Positions 37,801 to 50,159 are shown, counted from the stretch's first letter. The stretch is DNA of 64,000 nt from Lytechinus pictus (GCF_037042905.1 NC_087251.1:8434001-8498000), one strand, 5' to 3'. Notes: a model not told the origin generated them from the sequence alone. Numbers and translations: made by a program.

Positions 37801-40565
37801 ACTAACCCCCTGTTGTAGTTTCTCTACTTTCCAGTAGACATGTGGCCTAGGTTTATTGAAATGGAGATAGGCGCCGCTCTATGGGCCGAAAGGCTTGAGA
37901 AGGACTTTAACATTTTGTAAAAGGTAGTTTAGGGTTTGCTGTAGGTAGCCTACTATTGATTTAGTTTTTTATCACCTTGTCTTTTTCAGAAAAAGATATG
38001 GAGCCGGAGAACTCGGAAGAAATGAAGCAATGGCTTCAACATAATAATAGCCCTATCCCTAAAGTGGTGGAATTCATGAAGAAGACTGCACTGAAAAGAC
38101 AAGAAGAAATTCACTCAGAGAAGAAATCTACCGTGCATGACATCGAGTTGCAATGGCCTCGACTCTTTGATGTCCCTAACATGGTATGGGGTAACTTTTG
38201 TTTTCTTGGTTTATGTCAAAAGTACAGTAAAGCATTAATTCTTGAGGTGTGCTTCTCAAAAACCCAAATAAAATTCCTCATTGATCTTTTTTGCCTGCCA
38301 GGACCAGTAACAAAAGTCTACCAAATTCTGCCTGTTTTTATTTGGTACTACTGATAATAATATACTTCCCTACATGTATCTTTTGCCAGGTGTCATTAAC
38401 ATAATCAAGGCCTAGCTCCTTGGTTGCTGGATATTCATTTTGCAATTAGACATTACACATGTGCCCACCCCAAAATTACCATACTGAATCAAGGTTTTAC
38501 AATCCTTCTTTATGCATTTTAATTTGCATCACAGATAGATGGTGATTTCAGAGCAGTTCATGGGGATGTGTCTGACAGATTAATCATGAAATGGACTCAA
38601 GAACTGGCAAAAAAACTACTGCAGTATGGAGAAAAGCAAAGTCCACAAGTGCAAGCCGGTACATATTTTCCCCGGGGGGAGGGGCACTCAATATGAAAGT
38701 GACGTACGAGTAAGATCACACATCTCGAACATAGGGGTCTTTCGGTGATGCGTTCAAATGAAAAATAGGGGGTCTTTGGGTGACAAATGAAAAATAGGGG
38801 GTCTTTGGGTGACAAGTAAAAAAATAGGGTGTCTTTCAGTGACAGTCTAAAATCTGGGTTTTTCGGTGACACACCAAGCTAAAAAATGGGCTCTTTTTTA
38901 GTGTGATTAAATGGCATTTTTCTGAAAATCAAAAATTTGGGCAATTTTTGGGTCAGAGAGTGCAAAATTCATGGGTCTTTGGGTGACAGATAAAAATTGG
39001 GTCATCAAATGGAAAAAACGGGGGTCTTTGGGTGACAGCAGTCCAAAAAAGGGGGTCTTTTTGATTGCACATGGTGCGAACTTCAATATTGAGTGCCCCC
39101 ACCACCACCACCCCCACCCGGGGTATTTTCTGTAATATTTTGCTTTTCAATAATTTTGTATACTGTTGTAAAAAAGATGCGATTCAGTGTTAAAATATTT
39201 ACCATGGAATTGCTCTATTTTAATTGAAGTTTGTTTTCCTTTCAGATATAGATTATCAAAGTGCACAGGATGCAGGTCTGACAGCACTGCCCTTGATACT
39301 GCCTACAGGAAAACTGTCAAACGCAAAGAAATCCAGGGCTACGGTGAAAGAAGCAATGGAGTCCTTCATTGATTTTCAGCCGGTAAGTATGGAGTAAATT
39401 TTAGTGCCTACTAAATGAAATGTTTGGGTATAGAGGTGGGATGCAGATGGGATATATCCAATTGGAGGATGTTTTTGTATATCTTCTTGCACATAAAATG
39501 AAAGAAATGCCTCAAGTACTCCATTTGGTTGAAAGTGATATGTAAAGAATGGGACACGTTCATCAAGACAACAACAGTTTGGCTGATGTGATGCTCACAC
39601 AGTTTGTATTGCATAGATCTGTTTTACTTAATTGTTATCATTGGAGATGCCAGACTTCAGGAAAAAATTTTCAGCATCTCCAGTACAAAACAAGATTAAA
39701 AATTCATATTTTCAAGAAATTTTATTAGCGTTTCAGGAAAATGTGACCAAAGTCACTGGCATCTCTGTATCATTTTGATTATGGTTCGATTAACTGCAGA
39801 ATTTGCATGCTTGTCGCACTACAACATTTGTAGCACATCCCACATGCAGCCCAAACTTTCCATGTTTGCTAATTGAAGTTCAGCTGACAGGTCCCTAATA
39901 GAACTCGACTCTCATTCTACACCTAGATCTGTGATAGATCTTTAGAACTGTGATATAAAGAAAGGTTAAGTTTATATGACAACTTCTATCATGATCATGG
40001 TCAAGTTACAGTAGTTACCCTCACTATATAGATTTGACAGACTGACCCATGATGTCAAACGCCAGGCAGTATAGTCAAATATTGTTCCTCGACCAGCAAA
40101 GTGTGTGCACACAATGTACATCAGGACCATGCTAAAGCTATATCTATCTACAACCCACTTACCAGTAAGAATTAAGTACGCAGACAGAAAATATCTAGAT
40201 TTATTTTTTAAATGTAAATTAATCAGTAGATTTATTTTCTCTTTTTACAGATAGGGACAAACCTCCCTCAATACTTGGATGGACTCATGTCAAAGAGGCG
40301 GCAACCATTTGTCCTGGCCCTTGGCCCACAGAAAGCGCCAGCACAATATTTTGCTGTGGTTGAGGGCCGTGCCCTTAAGCAAGACAGCCTTCTGAAGGCT
40401 GTTGATGTGTGTTTCAAGTTGTTTTATGTACTTGACCTGGAGTATCCATCTGCGTGCTATACTACATGGGAGTTTATTCAAAAAGTTCTGTACCAGGTAA
40501 ATGCCAAAGACAGGAACACCTCCTCCTGTGTGAGGTCATTAAGGACATATGTCCTTCATACTTAA
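34892..40565 (+). CDS. Spliced SAMD3-like / EnSpm-associated accessory protein (393 aa from 7 exons; N-terminus unresolved)
   Basis: Exons 34892-35034, 35645-35729, 36105-36288, 37990-38183, 38535-38658, 39246-39382 and 40251-40565 all have AG/GT boundaries, compatible phases and no stops. Motifs FPALKD..GYEAWY..GFIEERLKNVRKR, WPRLFD, QPFVLALG and AVDVCFKLFYVLDLEYP..WEFIQKVLY resemble the SAMD3-like family. Confidence 0.82.
36502..36860 (+). mobile_element. tRNA(Trp)-like-derived SINE
   Basis: ttagctcaatcggtagggca (A box), ctCCAga loop, gttcaagtccc (B box), followed by a SINE-like body (ttcccttggccacggaacta...). The acceptor and anticodon stems pair poorly. Confidence 0.7.
37017..37562. mobile_element. 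MITE with CCC(A/G)GGG ends and an 8-bp TSD
   Basis: acttacat at 37009-37016 and 37563-37570; TIR of ~45 bp (gtctgtcctcattgaaaggggggtatcatgc). Confidence 0.9.
37629..37915 (+). mobile_element. tRNA-derived SINE (possibly Meta-SINE-type central domain)
   Basis: tggtggcctagtggttagagcg (A box), gggtttgaaccc (B box), then cataccaaaggctttaaaaatggtacc, and a tail gagaaggactttaacattt. Domain name is from memory. Confidence 0.75.
38671..39122. mobile_element. MITE with CCCGGG..CACTC ends, an 8-bp TSD (1 mismatch) and internal ~30-bp repeats
   Basis: atattttc (38663-70) versus gtattttc (39123-30); repeated ggggtctttgggtgaca. Inserted 12 bp into the intron after the exon ending at 38658. Confidence 0.85.
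39642..39767. mobile_element. Tiny MITE of the CAGRGATGCCAG family with a 6-bp TSD
   Basis: (tg)gagatgccag ... ctggcatctctg, flanked by tatcat (39636-41, 39768-73). Confidence 0.7.
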
Positions 40566-41734
40566 TTTTCAACCATTTAATGGTCAATGTCAGTTCAGCA
40601 GAACTCAAAATTCTGATGTGTCTCCTAATTTGGATATGTCTGTATGCCATGTATGAAATTCAATACTAAAATGGATTTTACAAGTTCAGGTATCGAGGTA
40701 CGTCAATTCCTCAAGGCAGCAGCTCCACGTGCGTACTTAAGCAGCATCTTCAATTGCTTGCGTGTGTACGCATGCGCCTTTAGGGTTCCTTTGTGGCATC
40801 AGATAAATGCGTATCAATTTCACAGCCTATCCTTTTCAAATCTATTTTAGTCATTCGTATACAGGGGGGTACAAAGGGTATCCAAATTCCAATACCACAT
40901 TTTGATTTTAAATTTTGCAAGCAACAAAACAAACAAAATTGCAAAGTGGCAAGTATGCCAACATTTTCATTTTGTCTGCTAAATACCTCTGCGTTTTAAA
41001 TTGTATCTCTGCAAATTAATGCTAGTGGCTTTAGAAGATGGGTTTGTGACAAAAAGCTCAAACTTGTCATTTTTGTGGCAAATTATGTTTTTTCGATCAG
41101 TTAAATTTATAGACTAGGTTTAAGCCAAAATGTTTGCACAGATAACATTTAATGTACATAAGTTAATATATAGCAGACACATTAAGCAAGTTTTGACATA
41201 ATTACCACTGTGTGATATTGTTTTCTTGACATTAATATTCTGGTAGCAGAATTCAAAGACCTTAGCCCTCATTCATTATACTATGCCATTTATTATACTA
41301 TGCCATAACCAAGGCGCATATCCAAATTGTGATTCGTATTTTGAGTTCCGCGAGTTGATGTTATTTATACCACTGGATGTACTGAACTACATAGGCCCTT
41401 CAAACTAGAATTTAATGAAAATGAAAATAATATGCTGAACTGCATACTTATCAATGTTTAGCTTGGGATCATTGTACTAACCTTGGTGTGATTGTGAGAG
41501 GAGAGGGTGGCCACTCATGTGTATACTTTCAAAAATGACCCCAAGCTAGGATTCACCAAAAGTGGTCAAATTTACCCCAAACAAGGATTTTAATTGACAA
41601 AAAACACCCCAAACAAGGGGTAAAATACCATGTGATCACAAGGTGTGATTGCGCCAGTGAAATGACTAGAATCTATGAATAAGTGATGTAATGTGTGGTA
41701 ATTGAGTTGTATTGCCTTTTTACAATTGAAGTGT

Positions 41735-41955
41735 TACAAATAGCAAGTTTTACTTTTACTGATGGAATTATAATACACGGCAAGTTTAAATTTAACTGAT
41801 ATTACTGCAAATAGCAAGTTTGAATTTAACTGATACATTATTAGAATTTGATTAATTTCAACTTTGAATTTAACTGATAGAATGACAACTATTAACTGAT
41901 TAAAAAAAATGATGTAACTGATAGAATTGTAAATTATAGCAAGTTTCAGTTTAAG
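41735..41955 (+). repeat. Degenerate ~30-40-bp tandem repeat
   Basis: Recurring gcaagtttNaatttaactgata. Confidence 0.6.
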
Positions 41956-42546
41956 AATTGGTGTGACCCTTGGTACATTGCTGTTTGCTGACAAAGCATT
42001 TTTCAGATGTTGGACTTGCAGCTGCTGCTCCCGAGTTGCAATAGAGTTACATAGAATGTGTAGAAGTATTTCTTTGAAATAGTTACAAATAGAATTTTAT
42101 AGAGGGAATTTTCCAAAAGGTCCTTCCTGTTCAAAAACCCAATGTAAATACATTAATATGACTTTAAAATGGTACATGTGTAAAACCCATTGAAATGAGC
42201 CCGATACATAGTGTTTATGGATCGATCAGCAATACAGCTTGATTGGTGGCGAACACAAGTGAAGAAATTCATGTTTTAATTCGTACTTTTTCGATATGAA
42301 CTGAAATTGAATTTGTTTTAAATTAATTAAGCAAATTGACTTCCATGTTATCCTGTAACTTATTCAGTATTAATGTACATCAGTGTAAAAAAATTGGGTA
42401 AACAGGAATGCAGATGATATGCAGCTTTTCTTGGGACAATTCATGTAATAACATCTAGGTGTCAGATGTAGTGTATCATATGCGTGTGTAAATGCCATCA
42501 TTCCATGTGAATCTGATGCAGACACTTTGTAGATGGCATACAGATC

Positions 42547-42762
42547 TTCAATAGAGAAGATTCATCTTGACAAAACCAATATCAATTACTGACCTGACAG
42601 TTTCGGCCATCCTGGTCGAAAGCCATCTTCTCTAGAGGGCGTTCCGACGAGAATTGGATCATAACTGTCAGGTCAGTAATTGATAATTGGTTTTGTCAAG
42701 ATGAATCTTCTCTATTTATGATGTCAATGCAGTCAAACCAGATGAATTTATTCAAGAAAAAA
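42547..42762. mobile_element. 216-bp Penelope-like insertion with a 5' inversion and an 11-bp TSD
   Basis: gcatacagatc at 42536-46 and 42763-73; ~52-bp inverted arms at 42550-42601 and 42663-42716; hammerhead-like core on the minus strand at 42591-42640. Confidence 0.6.
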
Positions 42763-43873
42763 GCATACAGATCAGATATTTGGCCTACTACCACATCATT
42801 GATCAATCAAGGTCAATTATTTGAAAAGCAAATTATAAAATCTGTAATGTCTTAATAATGTTAGAAAATGCTTCAGTGCTTTTCAATTTGACAGTGTACT
42901 TTTTAGAATCAAATTTTAAATGTTACCACTCTTGTATTGCTATTTAGTGTTTTGGAAGCATCTAATATGTTCTTTATAAATAAATTATTTGTTTATGCAC
43001 AATAATCTTTTAGTTTTTGTGTCTAATTAATGTGTTAAGCTTACAAGTAGTCGGATACAACTAACCACTGAAGTCAAAATCTGACTACATTGAAGTTGAA
43101 ATTGACTACATTGAAGTGAAAGGATGGAGGAATGAAATGACCCTACTGTCTATTGCATTTGACCCCTTTTCATTTAAATGTAGTCAAATTTTGACCTTTT
43201 TGTAGTAATTTTTTACTTCATTTGGGCCATTTGTTGACTACCATTGTAGTCAAAATCATTTGACTACATCTAGTGGGTCATAAATGACCCCAATGGGTTC
43301 GGTGTATAGTTGACCCTGAGAATGGGGTCAAAAATGACTGTTATAGGGTCATTTTTGACTACCTATTTTTAAGTGTGTATGGGTAAAATGATATCAAATA
43401 CGTTGTAACATTTACCCTTAATATTGGGGGAAACTTACCCAACAAACGTGCAAATTCCCTCTCTAGGCCTATTGAAAAAAAATTACTCATTCTTTTGAGA
43501 GTGTGGATATTTTTTTTCATGAACACGTCTCTGTTTTTATCGTGAATAGATGAATTGGTTACTCTGTATAAAGATGTGAAATATAAAATAAATGAATAAA
43601 ACTAGAAAACTCGTGTACCAATAAAATCCATGTTATGCCTTTTCATGATTATGAGACCAAAAAAAATCATCATAGGCGTCGTTATGGGGAAAAAGGGGAA
43701 TTAAAGAGAGGAGAAGGAGAATGAAAACGAAAAAAACCTGGATCGATACAAGGAAAGTATAACAGAGAAAAGGAATAAGAAAAATCTCGTGTAATGATGC
43801 GAGTACGAAGAATGGAATATTTTTAGCACCATGTTATTCTCGTAAGCACTTATTCCCCACTATAAATACTTAA

Positions 43874-44465
43874 AGGACAAGTCCACCCCAACAAAAAGTT
43901 GATTTGAATAAAAAGAGAAAAATCCAACAAGCATAACACTGAAAATTTCATCAAAATCGGATGTAAAATAAGAAAGTTATGACATTTTAAAGTTTCGCTT
44001 AATTTCACAAGACAGAAATACGCACATCCTGGCTGGTATGCAAATGAGGAGACTATGACGTCATCCACTCACTATTTCTTTTGTATTTTATTATATGAAA
44101 TATGAAATATTCTAATTTTCTCCTGCATTGTCAAGTGATATATACAACGATTAATTCCTCCCTGAACACGTGGAATTAGCATTGTTTAATACTATATGGT
44201 TCAGTCAAGTTGGTCCTTATTGTCAAATCTATAAAAAATGAAATATTGTATAATTCAAACAATAAAAAACAAAAGAAATAGTGAGTGGTGGACGTCATCG
44301 ACTGAGTCACCTATAGTTGTGTATATCACTGTTTTGTGAAAAATAAGCGAAACTTTAAAATGTCATAACTTTCTTATTTTCCATCTGATTTTGATGAAAT
44401 TTTCAGCACTATATGCTAGTTTGATTTTTCTCTATTTATTCAAGTCAGTATTTTCCTGGGGTGGA
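43874..44465. mobile_element. TTAA/Kolobok-type MITE with a damaged right end
   Basis: TTAA|aggacaagtccacccca ... tggggtggag; homologous to 29983-30581. Confidence 0.8.
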
Positions 44466-44855
44466 GCATGAAGGGCGAGCAACCGTTTTTGGGTCATAAC
44501 GACATTTAAGTTTTGTTGTTTTCCACTTATTCTCCTCCCCTTGTTTAATTAACTTTTCTTATCATTTTTAGGAGAGTATATATTGGGAACCAGAGAGACG
44601 TGATCGGGAGATGGCAGAGAGAACATCTCCGATGTCTGGGTACGGTCGATGCTCAGTATACCGGTACCAAATTACGGTACTTGTAGTACGTACCGGTACC
44701 AGTACCAGTGGACGACGCGACGTTAGCGTTGTCGAGATATCTAGACGATTCAATTTCCATCGAGTGCAGTGATCAGTGATCTTTATTAACATCTCTATGG
44801 TATTTTACCAATAACGTGTTGCCTTGCCCTTGCCTTGATCGCAGAATAGCTGGAG

Positions 44856-44913
44856 ATGGACTGGGTGAAAAGCTTGAAAGAATACAATGCTGCAAAGAAA
44901 AGGGATTTAGTCG
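44856..44913 (+). CDS. Candidate first coding exon of an unidentified gene
   Basis: gagATGG Kozak context, MDWVKSLKEYNAAKKRDLV, and a consensus donor G|gtaagt, within a CpG-rich non-repeat patch (44590-45060). No downstream exon was recognised. Confidence 0.35.
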
Positions 44914-45066
44914 GTAAGTTTATTCATTATTTTATTATCTAGTTGGCCAGTTTGGCAGTTTAGCTAGTTTGGTGTTGAAATAACTTGAGTTGAAATACCG
45001 CGGCGGCGCGGCCTATCCATCGCCATCGGCGCTCCGAGCTCGGCCCCGTCTGTCTGCATCTGGTGG

Positions 45067-48009
45067 TAGGGAATTCGGTGAAAATGCCATTTTCAGAATT
45101 AAGAATTTGTATCTGTCTGTGCACCCATGTATAAAACAAATGTGAAGCCTTTAAAGGAGGAGGAAAAACCCTATAGAAACCTATACCATGAGAAACTTTG
45201 AAGTTTTATGAATAAAATGATGTATAAACTAGTAATAATTCAAGGGCATGCCTAGACAGGAATAACCGTCGTTTCTGGGGATTTATTCAACAATTTCTGA
45301 CATTTTACTGTAATCCCCATTTACCGAGGGTAGGGTGTACGTGTGGGCTCGCATGTTTTCTCATTCCCTCCCTTTTGTCAATTCACAGTCCAAAGTTTGA
45401 TGTAATTTTACACATCGAATTTACAATCTAAGGATGTATAAACAACAAACTTTTAAAACTTGATATTTAAATGTTTAAATACTTTAAACGATATAGATGA
45501 AAAAGGCATGAAAAATATACTTTACCGATGTTTAATTGGGTTGAACACGATAAAAATGGTCAAAATGGCAGCCACACTATAAAATATTTACAAACGAACG
45601 TCAACAATCACGAATGTGATATCGATATTGCTTTCGATATTATACGATCTGCTCCATATGCGAACGAAACCGAAGATAAACGATACTACTTATACTAGTA
45701 CTAGTACTAGTTATAATCGCGATATATCGATTCGAGACATTAAGTTAATAATGATAATGACGTCATTCAAGATGGCAACTTGCAAGAAAAACCGTCAGGT
45801 CAGGTGAAAATGTCTTAGATGACAGATTTCTCAATCATCCAGAGGATTTTTTTCAATAACTCCGGCCCAAGGTATGCAATTACTTAAGTTTTTTATATTT
45901 CCCTGATAATGGAAACCATGAAACTTTCAATTTTGCTTAAAAAACAGTTTTAAATCGCGATCTATAAAACGCTAGTTCACTATACGTTGGCTGTAGGTAC
46001 GGGGCCCCATCCCCTTCAGTCTATGTATGGTGAGTGGAGCCAACGTAGTTCAGCTGAACAACCAAAATACAGAGACTGAAGCTTTTGGTCTAGGGCATGC
46101 CTAGAAGTAGAAGAAGCTAGACCAAAAGCTTCGGTCTCTGTTATGTTACTAGTTGTTCAGCTGAACTCCGTTGGCTTCACTCACCAAATACAGAGACCGA
46201 AGTTCTAGAGCGATCTGTACAGGGGACAGGGTTGTTTGATTTAAATCATGTCGATTTAAATCATGATTTAAATCGCGATTTAAATCACTTGATTTTTTTC
46301 AAAAAAATCACTGATTTAAATCAACTTTTATGAAAAAAATTAGTTTTCTCTATTTTCTCTTCTTCTTAACAGATTCTTTCAATGTAATCATTTTCATTTC
46401 TGTTCCACATGCTTTAGAGAAACTTTAAAAGAATGATACACCCTCATGGAGTCTGATTTAACACCACTGTTTTATTTTCAAATTGTAAAACAAGCAAAAC
46501 TGATGAAAACAACAAGTTTCCAACGAAGTAATGATAAATAACTCTCTGTATGTACACCAAACTGTTAAATCTTCAATAAAATAATATATAAAATCTACAA
46601 AGGTGCTCAAAGTCCACAACTTGGATACTTTTACAAAACAGCTGAACTACTTGTATGTACCTCCTTCTTGTTAGAAATGTTACTATTAATACCCATTCTC
46701 TCAAGTTAAGTTGAAGGCATATGTGTACATTTGATAAGAATTACATGTATATTTGCATGCCTTTGTTGGAAATTCTCAAGTTCTTTGAGTACTTCATGCA
46801 TTGGAGTAACACTTCGGATGTTTTGAACTGACTGATATAAAAATTTCAAGAGTTTAAATGTATACATAATACATAACATTACTTGGGCTTCCATAAAATG
46901 TCCCTCTCTATAATGCAAATAAATAAATAAAAAAATAAAAAAAATTACCTGTATATAAGTGGATTATTGTGTCAAATAGTACAATACACAATGTTCAAAA
47001 GACTACTTGACCACTATTATTGGTGTAAAACAGTTTAAATATAGTTTAAAACTTGTTAAGTGTGACCATTATTTTTCGTTGGAAAAAAAAAAAAAAAATC
47101 TGATTTAAATCATAAAAATCCGATTTAAATTTAAAAAAAATCAGATTTTTTTTATTTAAAAAAAAAAATCAAAAAAATCAACAACCCTGGCCTGACAGGG
47201 GACTCAATGGCCATATGTTTATGTGTATTAAGTTTGGATAAAACAGGGCAGTGAAGTTGCGCGACAGCCGAGGTAAGTCACTGTTTTTGTTCCTTTTAAC
47301 TTGATTTTCCCCGTTTTTTTGGCAATTAATGCCAAGAGGGAATATTAATTTGCATTTCGGTCGCGTTAATTTTCAAAAGTTTGATTCATTAAAGACAAAA
47401 ATTGAAGAGCCCCGATGGGGGGATTTTGCATTGTAAGTCCCCTAATGGTGGCTGCACGATAGCGAGCCGTCTGTGTATGAGGAGAAATTTAAAAAATAAA
47501 AAAATGTTAAAAAACTCCTCGAAACAGACGGCTGCCAGCTGTCTAGGGCATGCCTTGCCCCGCATAGCAGCGCATTGCACTTAAAAAAAAGTATTATACA
47601 GTCCCATTCGTTGCATTTTGTGTAAGTTATGAAAATCTACTTTTTGCTGTAAAAAAATCTGCACATTCTCCTGTTTAAACAGAAATATCTCTGTCAATAT
47701 TTGACATCATGAGTTGATTTATGCACCATTCTTTTTTTTTTATTTCACAAGCTTTCCAATGGTACCAAATTTGTTGGGATTCCTTCAAGATTTCAAAAAG
47801 CAACTGTCTCCCCCACTCAAACAAGCCTTTAATATTTTTTTTGACAGAACAAAATCTGCATATTTTCCCCTGTAAATTGGAATATCTCCGTCAATATATC
47901 AGACAATGAGTTGAATGAAGCACCATTATTTTTCTTATTTCACAAGCTTTCCAATGATATCAAATTTGTTGGGATTCTTCAAGATTTCAAAAAGTCACCG
48001 AACTCCCTA
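45067..48009. mobile_element. 2.9-kb TAGGG-ended non-autonomous element with a 7-bp TSD and nested insertions
   Basis: tagggaattcggtga / tcaccgaactcccta (1 mismatch); ctggtgg at 45060-66 and 48010-16; ~190-bp subterminal duplication at 47680-47995. Confidence 0.72.
46227..47189. mobile_element. hAT-derived non-autonomous element
   Basis: cagggttg..tgatt / aatcaacaaccctg ends with many subterminal gatttaaatc palindromes. The TSD is not adjacent (acagggga recurs 5 bp beyond the right end). Confidence 0.8.
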
Positions 48010-48058
48010 CTGGTGGTGTATTAGTATTACTAATACTATACCGGTAGTCTAATAGTAA

Positions 48059-49499
48059 CAGGCCTCTCGATTAACTTTAATTTTTGGAAGTCAGCCGGGC
48101 ACCCTGGACTGAACTTTAGGTGGTCAAATGGCAGTTTAGGTGGTCATCACATGCAGATTGAAAATATTGTATCATGACAAATTGTAAAGTGTATCAACTC
48201 TGTATGTGTAATTTAAGTTTGCTGCGAAACACTACCGGTACATTACTGGTGGAACCTTTCTGTGGATTAAAAAGGACAAACTCAAGCCTTTGTTTCAAAG
48301 GAGATAAAAAAAAATTACTCATGATCCTTTTCTCTTTCTCTCTTTTTCTCTGTCCATGTTCTCTCTCTCCCTCTGTGTGTAACTGTCTCTCTCTGTCCCT
48401 GTCCCTTTCTCTCTGTCACTCTCTAAGGACTTAAGGTAAACTCTGAGTCTCTGTGCTTAATTTGTTTTCTTTTAATGCATGATATCCTGTACTCATAGTT
48501 AGTTTTTGGATATCATATTAGTATTTTAATTTTGCATTGTGTAATTATGTAATTATTTATGATGTTTATGTAATGTTTATATTTGTAAAAGATTCCACAA
48601 TTCAGCCTCTGGCTGCGAAAAAATTTATAGCAACTTTTTATGAAATGGGCCCCAGAAGTATACATTACAGAAAGAGTGGGAACAAAACCACAAGTGGCTT
48701 GGATGAGGCAAAACATAAACAAGTGATCATGTCGTTGTCCATTCCCCAACTCACAAAATGTGTCCTTGATCACCAAATTACACACAACAAGCTCACCACA
48801 CGTTGAATTTGATACTATAATGAAATGACTTAACTTTATTCAAGTTCAATGGGCCGAGTCGGCCGTGTCGAAAACATTCACATGCAAACAACACGGTCGT
48901 GTGTTGCTGCCCTCTGCGTTTCAAGATGTAACAGCACGATAATCCGGTCTTGAAATTCAAAATGGCGGATAGGCTAAAGTCGTTGACTGGTCGAAACGAT
49001 GTCCAAAAACCCCAAAAATGATCAATAAAAATTAATTCAACAAAAAAATGATGCTAAAATAATGTGAAAGGTAAGGATGTATCTATGTCAAATGTGTTTT
49101 TCAAAATATTTTGTGTACCCGCATAGATCCGATTAGAGCGGATTCTACTGCGTTGTTGGTACAGTGGCCGATACAAATTTTGACCAGTGCGAGTGATATA
49201 TTGCTACTGAATGGTAAACAGAATTGCCAATTTTCCGTGTACACAAAGTCTATGGGGGAAACAGAATTTCCGTTTTCTGGCATGCTGAAATGGAATTTAC
49301 GATTTTCTGAAACGGGAAAGGCAATTTTTTGAAACGGAAAATCACTGTCCCTACAATTCGTTTTAGACCTTCTCATTTTCGGTTTTCTACATTTATTTTT
49401 TCTGGTGGTCAGCCCGGGCACTATTACCTGACTTTTAGGGTGCCCGACGGAGCCTTAGGCGGTCAATTGACCCCGGACCGCCACCAATTTCGAGCCCTG
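48059..49499. mobile_element. Degenerate CAG..CTG element with a 5-bp TSD, containing a partial reversed copy of the 58974 family
   Basis: Right end aatttcgagccctg, left end caggcctctcgatt (degenerate); agtaa at 48054-58 and 49500-04; gtcagcc(c)gggcac near both ends. Confidence 0.55.
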
Positions 49500-50159
49500 A
49501 GTAATACTAGTACAGTGAGCCACTGCATTTTTGTCGCCCTTTTTAAACCGTTTTGTGTGTTATAACCTATGGGAAATTCAAAGTTGCAGTTTTTTCGCCG
49601 TTTTGAAAACGGCTAGAAAAGGGCGATGCCAATGAAAGGGAGAATTTTTTGAGAAAAAACGGCTACATGATTATTAGGTTTCCTACGTAAACCCACTCAC
49701 ATCACACAAGCATGCGAGGTTAGCTATACTAACCTCGCACAAAGCATGTGATTTCATAGTGCATTTTGACGTTTTCATTCATCACACGAATGTCAGGGAA
49801 TAAAACACGCCAAAAAGTTCAACATATATCCACTACGTAATTTACATCAATCACTTTACTTAATTTTATAAATATATTCAAAATTATTTATAAAAATCAT
49901 TTTTTAATGCTTAGGCCTACCTCCAAATTTTGGCCAAGATACTCCGTCTGTCCGTCCAAATACTGCGGTGGAAATCACGCAAACAAGAATTGAAATGCGA
50001 ATTTTTCCTATCGAACAGTCTTGATTTAATTCGTCGGCGCATAATAGGAAATTGTACAAAGAAATCAACAGTTTACATTTCATGTATATATACTTATAGG
50101 TAAAGTATGCCATCTTTTGACAAGATGATGATGAAAGTGGATTGAACGAGCAAGAAAAT

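Larger units (their letters stand above)
31515..43377 (+). mobile_element. 11.9-kb CMC (EnSpm/CACTA-Mirage-like) DNA transposon, non-autonomous, carrying an accessory gene
   Basis: Perfect 25-bp TIR cacacttaaaaataggtagtcaaaa at both ends, TA on both flanks (31513-14, 43378-79), and dense subterminal gtagtcaaa/tgactac/tgaccc repeats at 31530-31730 and 43045-43360. Confidence 0.88.

Noticed and set aside
46706..46918. Possible hAT transposase remnant inside 46227-47189
   Set aside because: No BED-finger, DDE or dimerisation motif was recognisable.
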